From assembly GCA_964571705.1 (NCBI GenBank), contig CAZNDJ010000003.1:6788-70787 (forward strand): DNA of 64,000 nucleotides. The letters run 5' to 3'. Position 1 is the first letter of the stretch; each line of letters begins with the position of its first letter. The position numbers and the translations under genes are program-made. Source of the DNA: an uncultured Chitinophagaceae bacterium (GTDB lineage: Bacteria; Bacteroidota; Bacteroidia; Chitinophagales; LD1). The notes below the pieces were generated by a model. The model did no database searches, had not been told where the DNA came from, and saw nothing but the letters and a program-made list of their open reading frames with translations. Positions 57,152 to 64,000 of the stretch are shown in pieces.

Positions 57152-57886
57152 CTGGAGATAATCGGCGTCATACCTGCACGCTATGCATCTACCCGACTAC
57201 CGGGCAAGCCGCTGATAGATATCGGAGGCAAGGCAATGATACAGCGAGTCTATGAGCAGACGCTGAAGTCTGCTTATTTGTCCCAAGTAATAGTGGCTAC
57301 TGATGATCAGAGGATATACGACGCAGTTAAATCCTTTGGGGGCAAAGTAGTCATTACCTCGCCGGAACATCAGAATGGAACGGAGCGCTGTGCCGAGGTG
57401 CTAACCTCGCTGCCTACAGCCCCGGACGTGGTAATAAATATACAAGGAGACGAGCCATTCATAGCCCCGGAGCAAATAGACGCTCTGGCTGTCCTTTTTC
57501 GGGAGCCAGAATGCCAGATAGGTACTCTCGTGAAAGCCTGTAACGACATGACTATTTTAGAGCGCCCTTCTATTGTAAAGGCAGTATTGGATGCTCAGCG
57601 CAGAGCACTATATTTCAGTAGGAGTGTAGTGCCTTACCTTAGGAATTCTAATTATAGCTGCACCTACTATAAGCATATTGGTATCTATGGATTTAGGGCC
57701 GAAGTCCTCAGAGAGGTAGTGAAGCTGCCTCCCTCACCACTGGAGATAGCTGAGAGCCTGGAGCAGCTGCGCTGGCTGGAAAATGGTTATTCTATTCATA
57801 CAGCGCTGACTAGCCATGAGAGTGTGTCCGTAGATGTACCCGAGGATTTGGATCGGGTGCGGCAGCTGGCTTTATCTGGGAAATGA
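57152..57886 (+). CDS. kdsB: 3-deoxy-manno-octulosonate cytidylyltransferase (CMP-Kdo synthetase); start codon uncertain
   Basis: The IQGDEPF and LEQLRWLENG motifs are present. The conserved N-terminal IGVIPARYASTRLPGKPLIDIGGK is encoded in frame upstream of the first ATG (57236). No ATG, GTG or TTG occurs after the in-frame stop at 57128. The 5' coordinate is set provisionally at CTG 57152. Confidence 0.8.
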   Translation: MEIIGVIPARYASTRLPGKPLIDIGGKAMIQRVYEQTLKSAYLSQVIVATDDQRIYDAVKSFGGKVVITSPEHQNGTERCAEVLTSLPTAPDVVINIQGDEPFIAPEQIDALAVLFREPECQIGTLVKACNDMTILERPSIVKAVLDAQRRALYFSRSVVPYLRNSNYSCTYYKHIGIYGFRAEVLREVVKLPPSPLEIAESLEQLRWLENGYSIHTALTSHESVSVDVPEDLDRVRQLALSGK

Positions 57887-58876
57887 AAGGCGAAATATAG
57901 TGCCACCAATAGCATTGTCAGTCAGGTCTATTTTCCCCTTGTATATTTCTACGAAGCGTTTCACAATAAACAATCCTAGGCCTGTTCCTTTAGTTTTGCG
58001 TGTGTCCTCGCTACCTATCCGGTAAAACTTCTCGAATACTCTCTTCTTTTCACTATCCGGAATGCCGTATCCTTCATCTTTTACCTCCAGGCAGATTGTA
58101 TCTTCTGTCTGAGAGAGCGCCACATCTATCTGTGTGTCAGGTCTTGAATATTTGATTGCATTTTCTATCAGATTCATGACTATAGATGTAAAACCTGTCT
58201 GGTCTGTATAGTAGTAGATTCCTTCCTCTACATCAGAATGGATTTTAATGCCTTTTTTGTTTTCACTAAATTTATCAGTGACCAGCTCTACTATGTCAGA
58301 TAGATTTACCTCTTCATTAGCAAAGCCATGTGTGTCGCGCTCTATCTTTGCTGCAAACAGTATGTTATCGACCAGAGTCTCTAGTCTCACTACATCACCC
58401 AAAGCGTTATTTATGAGTTTACCCTGCTGTTCCGCCGTCAGCTGCCGCCGAAAGATGGTTTCCAGCGATAGCTTGACGCTGGATAATGGGGATTTCAATT
58501 CATGAGTGATGGAGTGTAGGAAATTTCTTTGCTGTGCGGCCAGTTCGATTTCTTTTCCAAATATCCTTCGTACCTGTAGCAGACCTAGTATCTGGAGTAT
58601 AAGGAAGAAAAGCCCTTCACCAAGGATCATTACTTTTTGCCGCTCGTATTTGCTATATAGCTTGAGATAGCTATCCGTGTTTTCATATTTCATTTTATTG
58701 CCTTGGGCCTCATAGGCTACCCGGTTCAGTTCTATTTTTTCTGTAAAGGCTGTTTCATTCTTGGAAGCCAGTAGGTAGCCCCACCAGAGTGTAAAAACGA
58801 GAATGTACCCTGAGACTATGTAGAAGAGTACAAAAGGATTGCGGCCAAAGAATTTGAACATAAGGAAAGTTGTCAC
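57872..58876 (-). CDS. Sensor histidine kinase (two TM helices, HisKA and HATPase_c domains)
   Basis: The H-box FLHSITHELKSPLSS, the N-box MNLIENAIKYS and the G-boxes DEGYGI and GTGLGL are all present. The 3' end overlaps kdsB by 15 nt. Confidence 0.85.
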   Translation of the reverse strand: MTTFLMFKFFGRNPFVLFYIVSGYILVFTLWWGYLLASKNETAFTEKIELNRVAYEAQGNKMKYENTDSYLKLYSKYERQKVMILGEGLFFLILQILGLLQVRRIFGKEIELAAQQRNFLHSITHELKSPLSSVKLSLETIFRRQLTAEQQGKLINNALGDVVRLETLVDNILFAAKIERDTHGFANEEVNLSDIVELVTDKFSENKKGIKIHSDVEEGIYYYTDQTGFTSIVMNLIENAIKYSRPDTQIDVALSQTEDTICLEVKDEGYGIPDSEKKRVFEKFYRIGSEDTRKTKGTGLGLFIVKRFVEIYKGKIDLTDNAIGGTIFRLSFPR

Positions 58877-58934
58877 AAGCTAAAATAGGTCAAAGCCTAA
58901 CATTCTTTATCATCATTTTGTAAATTTATGGCTG

Positions 58935-59753
58935 ATGGCAAAGAGACGTAAAAAGACTAGCGATGAGCTGAGCACAGAGAATGAACTGATGAAACTCAAG
59001 ATGATGGCTGAGTTTGGCGGTGACTTTGCCGGCTCTGAGCACCTGCCGCCAGACGTTGAAAATGCTTTTCTTAAGCAAATCAATAAGTTTCACCAGATGC
59101 ATGACAAGGCGGGGATGATCCGCATCTATGAGTTTATCGGTGAACCCCTTTATAATCATGTGCATGACCTCTCAGAGCGTGAGGTACCCAAAGAGCTAAA
59201 AAAAATACGGAAGCTCCTGGCTCGCAAAGGTATCGTGGTAGATACGCTGAGTGGCGTGTCAGACAGAGAGCTTTACCGTTTCATCACCGAGGAGGTTTTC
59301 AAGCAAGAAATACAGAATATCCGGATGCCCAACTGGACTATCCACCTGATATATGAGGAATTTCACCCTAGCGATGAATTTGATGTCAAAAATCAGGCAG
59401 GTCATACACTTGCTCTGATCTTTGACAAAGGCTTTATCTCGGCAGATTTTGTGCTGGGGGAGGACATGAAGAATGAACTAGGGCTGTCGGTAGACCGGGA
59501 AGAACTCGTGGAGCGCATTGATACTTATAAACTAGGATTCAATCAAATGCAATTAATGGGGGCGGATTTTAAAAAAGTAGAGATCAATGATGAGCGGACA
59601 TCTGCTATAGTAGATGTGGTAGCTGAGTTTCGTACTCAGACGCAGAAGGGGAGGAGATTTAAATCAGAAGTCTCAGAAGTACATATGCAGTTAAATAGGG
59701 ATACGGATACTCAGATGTGGATGGTGAGCCGGCTGAGTTGCGATCGCTTATGA
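58935..59753 (+). CDS. Hypothetical cytoplasmic protein
   Basis: 272-aa ORF with a basic N-terminus (MAKRRKKTSDE). I recognise no motif. Confidence 0.45.
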   Translation: MAKRRKKTSDELSTENELMKLKMMAEFGGDFAGSEHLPPDVENAFLKQINKFHQMHDKAGMIRIYEFIGEPLYNHVHDLSEREVPKELKKIRKLLARKGIVVDTLSGVSDRELYRFITEEVFKQEIQNIRMPNWTIHLIYEEFHPSDEFDVKNQAGHTLALIFDKGFISADFVLGEDMKNELGLSVDREELVERIDTYKLGFNQMQLMGADFKKVEINDERTSAIVDVVAEFRTQTQKGRRFKSEVSEVHMQLNRDTDTQMWMVSRLSCDRL

Positions 59754-59847
59754 TAGCTTTATTGTACAGTGTACGGAATAGCGAAGATATGGCAACTATC
59801 AATTTAATAGCGATATTTGAAATGATAATTTAACTCCAATAGAATAT

Positions 59848-60297
59848 ATGCATACTATCAGACTGACTCTCGCGCTCCTTCTGTTTTCCTTTATTTCGTT
59901 TGGCGCCTATGCAGACCGCGATCCATTTTGCCGGGTCTGGTATAACCAGGAACGAGACGCAAAGCTAGAAGTGTATCAGGTAGGAAATAGTTTTGAGGCA
60001 AAGATCATATGGCTGAAAGAGCCCAATGAAAATGGTAAACCCAAGATAGACAAAAACAATCCTGATGAAAAACTGCGCTCTCGACCGGCGCTCGGGCTTG
60101 TGATTCTCAGAGGCTTGGTGAAAAGCAAAGACGATCCCAATTACTATGACAACGGGAGAGTGTACGATCCCAAAAATGGTAAAACATATGATTGTCACTT
60201 GACGCTGAAAGGGAAAACTGCTGAACTACGGGGATTTGTACTCGGTATGTCTTTTTTAGGCAGGACGTCTGTCTGGACGCTTGCTGAGGGGCAATAG
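59848..60297 (+). CDS. DUF2147 domain protein (secreted)
   Basis: A signal peptide is present. The segment GRVYDPKNGKTYDCHLTLKGKTAELRGFVLGMSFLGRTSVWT matches the DUF2147 core. Confidence 0.75.
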   Translation: MHTIRLTLALLLFSFISFGAYADRDPFCRVWYNQERDAKLEVYQVGNSFEAKIIWLKEPNENGKPKIDKNNPDEKLRSRPALGLVILRGLVKSKDDPNYYDNGRVYDPKNGKTYDCHLTLKGKTAELRGFVLGMSFLGRTSVWTLAEGQ

Positions 60298-60391
60298 GCT
60301 TTTGTCCTGTTTAGTACACTTTACTCCATAAGGAGTTTACTTATAGCATTCTGTTCGTGAGGGTCTTGAGCTATTTTTACATACTCAATCT

Positions 60392-61753
60392 ATGCTCATG
60401 AAAAGACCATACCACATTATTATATCGTTTCTTTCAATAGCTGCCATAGCCTTGGTGGCTGGGGTGCTGATACGTGGCCAGCAGGATCCGTCACTATATG
60501 CTACTGCATTGGAGAAAACCAAGGGTGCTGTAGAGGAGATAAAAGAACCCATTTATAAGTACGGACTCAATCTGAATGACTTTGTGGTGATAGACCAGAA
60601 AGTAGAGCGGAACGAATTGCTGGCAGATATACTGTTGAAGCATAATGTTGCTTATCAAACGGTGCATGTTTTGCTTCAGGGATCCAGAGAAGTATTTAAT
60701 ACAAGGAAGATAAAGGCTGGTGCAAAGTACACTGTTCTTGGTACAAATACGGATACAGGTTTTGTAGCCAGAAAAATAGTGTACGAAGAAAATAGGCTCA
60801 ACTATGTGGTGTTTAACCTGGATGACTCCCTCTATATATACCGAGGCACTAATCAGGTGAAGCGCCGTAGACAGGAGGTGGCAGGAGTAATCAATGGCTC
60901 ACTTTATGAGACTTTTGATAATCTGGGAGTGCCTTCCAGTCTGGCCATGAGGCTGGCAGATATTTTCTCATGTACTATAGATTTCTACAAAATACAGAAG
61001 GGTGATAAGTTTAAGATCATTTATGATCAGGATTTTGTAGATGACAAGCCTATAGGGGTAGGAGAGGTGAGTGCGGCATGCTTTACCAGTGGAGCTAAGG
61101 ACTATTACGCCTTTTATTATGAAAAGGATAAAGCACATGTCGGAGAATACTATGATGAGCAAGGTAATAGCATGAGAAAACAATTTCTAAAAGCTCCTCT
61201 CAAATTTTTCCAGATCACCTCACGCTATAATTTGCATCGCTTCCATCCTGTAGCTATGGAGTGGAGGGCGCATCTTGGTACTGACTATGCTGCTGCATAC
61301 GGTACCCCGATACTTGCTACAGCAGATGGCGTAGTGGAGGAGGCTCAATTTGGAGTGTATAATGGAAACTATGTCAAGATACGTCACAATGGCCAATACA
61401 AAACCCAATATCTGCATATGAGCAAGATAGCTCAAGGGATGCATCGCGGCAGAAGTGTACATCAAGGTGAGGTCATAGGGTATGTCGGTAGCACAGGTTT
61501 GGCTACAGGCCCTCATGTATGCTATCGTTTCTGGAAGGATGGGCAGCAAGTGGATCCTTTTAAGCAAAAGCTCCAATTCAGTGAACCGCTTGCCAAAAAA
61601 TATAAGGCAGATTTTCTGGCTACAGCAGCGCCTTATCGCACTGATATAGATAAACTGGCATATGGTACCAAACCGGTACTCCCAGAGCAGGAGAAACTGC
61701 AAGCCCTTAAGTCCGAGTATGATGCCACAGCTTTCATGCAGCGGGTATTCTGA
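60392..61753 (+). CDS. M23-family metallopeptidase
   Basis: There is an N-terminal TM anchor. The HLGTDYAA, YLHMSK and GYVGSTGLATGPHVCYRF motifs provide the HxxxD and HxH zinc ligands. Confidence 0.85.
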   Translation: MLMKRPYHIIISFLSIAAIALVAGVLIRGQQDPSLYATALEKTKGAVEEIKEPIYKYGLNLNDFVVIDQKVERNELLADILLKHNVAYQTVHVLLQGSREVFNTRKIKAGAKYTVLGTNTDTGFVARKIVYEENRLNYVVFNLDDSLYIYRGTNQVKRRRQEVAGVINGSLYETFDNLGVPSSLAMRLADIFSCTIDFYKIQKGDKFKIIYDQDFVDDKPIGVGEVSAACFTSGAKDYYAFYYEKDKAHVGEYYDEQGNSMRKQFLKAPLKFFQITSRYNLHRFHPVAMEWRAHLGTDYAAAYGTPILATADGVVEEAQFGVYNGNYVKIRHNGQYKTQYLHMSKIAQGMHRGRSVHQGEVIGYVGSTGLATGPHVCYRFWKDGQQVDPFKQKLQFSEPLAKKYKADFLATAAPYRTDIDKLAYGTKPVLPEQEKLQALKSEYDATAFMQRVF

Positions 61754-61763
61754 TTTTGTGACA

Positions 61764-62744
61764 CTAGTGTATTATTACTATTCTTTTCTGACATAGCAGG
61801 TTATTATCTGCATTAGTGATACTGCATATATATGAGCCGCTCGATAAATCAGATATATCTGTAGCCCACAGGGGGGATAGTAGCATGGAGTGATATACGC
61901 ACCGGCCCAGGTGGTCCGTAAGAGTGACAAAGCAACAGGTAGCGTCCACTGGACTCTGTATTTGCAAAATATTGCTAGCTGGATTGGGATAGATACGACA
62001 GTTTACGTCAGATGAACCTTTGATGCCTGTTGTAGCTGATACACTATCTTGGATATAAATGAATTTAATGTCATCTATCCAGGTCGAGTTGCCAGCCAAA
62101 GCGGGATTACCAAAACGTCCTCCATAAAAGATCATTTTGACTGTATCTGCTTTGCCACTATGTCTGTAGCAGATGCTATCCCTGATCCGAAACCATTGAT
62201 CAATCGGTGCCTGTGTATCTGGTATGTCTTTTTGAGCAAAGGCAATCGTATCTTCCTGATGTAGAGTGCTATCCCACCTGGTGAATAGATACATGTAACT
62301 GAAAGTATCGGCCAGATCATGACTCATCAATAACCAGAAGTCCAGTTTTTCTGGATTGCTGTCTATAGGTAGTCCATATTGCGGTACTGCCTGTCCTATG
62401 CGAATGGCGCTATCCAACGGATCCTGATAGCCACCATATACCAGCATGCCTGGTTGCAACCCTACACCATTCAGGAATGTCGTATCACTATACAGTAGCG
62501 CGGAATAACGTCCCGAGTGGACGTTAAATGGATTGTCCTCAAGAAAAACAAACTTATTATAGTTAAGCCCACAACTCTGCTCCGGTATACCCCAGTTGAA
62601 TGGGTTTTCTACATTCCTACCGCAGCAGCGAAATTGTCCCCTTCTCCACCCCTCCAGGCCGCCGTTTGCAGGACGCTCTTGAGCCGATGTATATTCATAC
62701 GAGAAGAAAAGGCATACTATAATAATAAGCGGCCTGAATTTCAT
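61764..62744 (-). CDS. T9SS-sorted secreted protein of unknown function
   Basis: A signal peptide is present. The CTD is CRIYPNPASNILQIQS...GSYICSITNADNNLLCQKRIVIIH. Confidence 0.65.
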   Translation of the reverse strand: MKFRPLIIIVCLFFSYEYTSAQERPANGGLEGWRRGQFRCCGRNVENPFNWGIPEQSCGLNYNKFVFLEDNPFNVHSGRYSALLYSDTTFLNGVGLQPGMLVYGGYQDPLDSAIRIGQAVPQYGLPIDSNPEKLDFWLLMSHDLADTFSYMYLFTRWDSTLHQEDTIAFAQKDIPDTQAPIDQWFRIRDSICYRHSGKADTVKMIFYGGRFGNPALAGNSTWIDDIKFIYIQDSVSATTGIKGSSDVNCRIYPNPASNILQIQSPVDATCCFVTLTDHLGRCVYHSMLLSPLWATDISDLSSGSYICSITNADNNLLCQKRIVIIH

Positions 62745-62874
62745 GAGTGCAATATAAGTAATCGAAGGCAGGGATAAGGATGGTGCGACGGGTTTGCGCT
62801 ATCATTTCTACGTTCTGCCGTTATTAACATATTTATGTAATAAGTGTTATGCGATTGCACGTATTTTTGAGTGC

Positions 62875-63360
62875 ATGAAATGGCTCCTGACTTTATTGCT
62901 GATGAGTAGCTCCCTGTCTGGTGTACACGCCCAGGCACCAGAGATAGTCAATCTGGAAAGCCTGCAGCGTATTCTGGCTTCCCAAAGTGATACGACCTAC
63001 GTGGTTAATTTCTGGGCTACATGGTGTGTGCCATGCGTCAAGGAGTTTCCTGCTTTTCAGGCCCTGGCAGAAAAGTATAGAAACGAAAAAGTACAAATAG
63101 TGATGGTCAGTCTTGATTTTGCCAGTGAAAAAGAGAAGTCGCTGGTACCATTTTTAGCCGGACATCCGATCTTGGCCCGCGTGATGCTCCTAGACGAGCC
63201 TGATTACAATTCGTGGATCGATAAAGTGGAAAAATCATGGGGCGGAGAAATACCTGTTACTTTAATTATAAATGGGGCGAAGGGGATACGCAGCTTTTAT
63301 GGACATGACTTTACTATTCAATCTCTGCAGGACGCTTTTACTAAAACAATAGATAAATAA
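62875..63360 (+). CDS. TlpA-like thiol:disulfide oxidoreductase (thioredoxin fold)
   Basis: Taking ATG 62875 gives MKWLLTLLLMSSSLSGVHAQ, a signal peptide. The active site is FWATWCVPC. Confidence 0.8.
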   Translation: MKWLLTLLLMSSSLSGVHAQAPEIVNLESLQRILASQSDTTYVVNFWATWCVPCVKEFPAFQALAEKYRNEKVQIVMVSLDFASEKEKSLVPFLAGHPILARVMLLDEPDYNSWIDKVEKSWGGEIPVTLIINGAKGIRSFYGHDFTIQSLQDAFTKTIDK

Positions 63361-63362
63361 CA

Positions 63363-63995
63363 ATGAAAAACAAAACACGGACTCAGCTGGGTGGGGCTAC
63401 GGCACTCGCGCTTGTGGTAGCTTTTCTTATGTCATTTGCCTCGGGCAAAAGTTATAAAATAGGAGATACGGTAGCTGATTTCAAGCTCAAGAATACTGAG
63501 AATGGAAAGATGGTTTCTATGGCGTCATATCCGGCGGCTAAAGGTTTTATTATCGTCTTCACTTGTAATCACTGCCCATTTGCAAAGAAGTATGAGCAGC
63601 GGATCATCAATCTGGATAAAAAGTATGCGGCGCTAGGGTACCCTGTCATAGCTATCAGCCCTAATGACCCTACGGTGACTCCCGATGATTCCTATGAGGA
63701 GCTGGGTAAACGAGCCAAGGAGAAAGGATATACTTTCCCTTACACTTTCGATGAAACGCAGCAAGTGGCTCAGGCTTTTGGGGCTACTAAAACACCACAT
63801 GTTTTTCTGGTAAATAAAGAAAGTGGCAAATTGATTTTGAAATACGCAGGGGCTATAGATGACAACACCGAAGACGCATCTAAAGTTACCAAAAACTATC
63901 TGGCAGACGCCATAGCAGAAGTGATAGCGGGTAAGACTGTCACGGTAAGCGAAACTAAGTCTGTGGGCTGCACTATCAAGTGGAAGCAAAGCTAG
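63363..63995 (+). CDS. Thioredoxin-fold (AhpC/TSA-like) redoxin
   Basis: A signal or anchor sequence is followed by GFIIVFTCNHCPFAKKY, which contains a CxxC motif. The protein is 210 aa and starts 3 nt after the preceding gene. Confidence 0.75.
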   Translation: MKNKTRTQLGGATALALVVAFLMSFASGKSYKIGDTVADFKLKNTENGKMVSMASYPAAKGFIIVFTCNHCPFAKKYEQRIINLDKKYAALGYPVIAISPNDPTVTPDDSYEELGKRAKEKGYTFPYTFDETQQVAQAFGATKTPHVFLVNKESGKLILKYAGAIDDNTEDASKVTKNYLADAIAEVIAGKTVTVSETKSVGCTIKWKQS

Positions 63996-64000
63996 TGGAA

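Noticed and set aside
1-64000. A search for CRISPR arrays, tRNA or rRNA genes, IS elements or transposases, integrases, toxin-antitoxin pairs and known defence-system genes.
   Set aside because: None could be recognised by eye. There are no regularly spaced short direct repeats outside coding repeats, no tRNA-like T-arm strings, and no DDE, tyrosine- or serine-recombinase, or reverse-transcriptase motifs among the ORF translations. A tRNAscan, Infernal or DefenseFinder run would be needed to be certain.

Overview
The window looks like a 64-kb chromosomal segment of a Bacteroidota bacterium. Six proteins end in T9SS type-A C-terminal sorting domains (CTDs), GH92 and GH20 glycosidases are present, and many genes are coupled by ATGA start/stop overlaps. 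I support about 50 protein-coding genes, one cobalamin riboswitch, five intrinsic-terminator hairpins and several large in-frame repeat arrays. By eye I found no rRNA, tRNA, CRISPR array, transposase, integrase or phage module. About half the window is housekeeping: asnB, dprA, tdk, kdsB, cobB, ltaE, a 2-oxoacid dehydrogenase E2, peroxiredoxin and thioredoxin-fold proteins, a rhomboid protease and an M23 peptidase. The rest is cell-surface or secretome content. Two regions stand out. (1) 20622-28289 is a single 2,555-aa ORF encoding a secreted mosaic fibre. It has a signal peptide, eight 29-aa modules alternating with Gly-X-Y runs, about 750 aa of uninterrupted collagen-like triplets with near-identical DNA super-repeats, YadA-head-like NTAIG repeats, and a phage-tailspike-type S74 self-cleaving chaperone domain. 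It has no T9SS CTD and no phage neighbours. (2) 46235-54112 is a cobalamin-riboswitch-led, tightly coupled seven-gene operon. Its first two products are T9SS-sorted secreted proteins (one DUF4465-like, one unknown). They are followed by a 60-aa Cys-rich DUF5522-like protein, a BtuB-like TonB receptor, a putative beta-propeller lipoprotein, and BtuF-like and BtuC-like components, with no ATPase. This may be a T9SS-delivered corrinoid-capture system. Smaller oddities include a kdsB whose conserved N-terminus lies upstream of any canonical start codon, a small secreted Cys/His/Lys-rich protein, an orphan terminator or leader upstream of a lipoprotein gene, an M43 protease fused to 12 SprB repeats, and two GT-C (PMT/ArnT-like) glycosyltransferases. 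All functional calls rest on motif recognition by eye; no database search was run.
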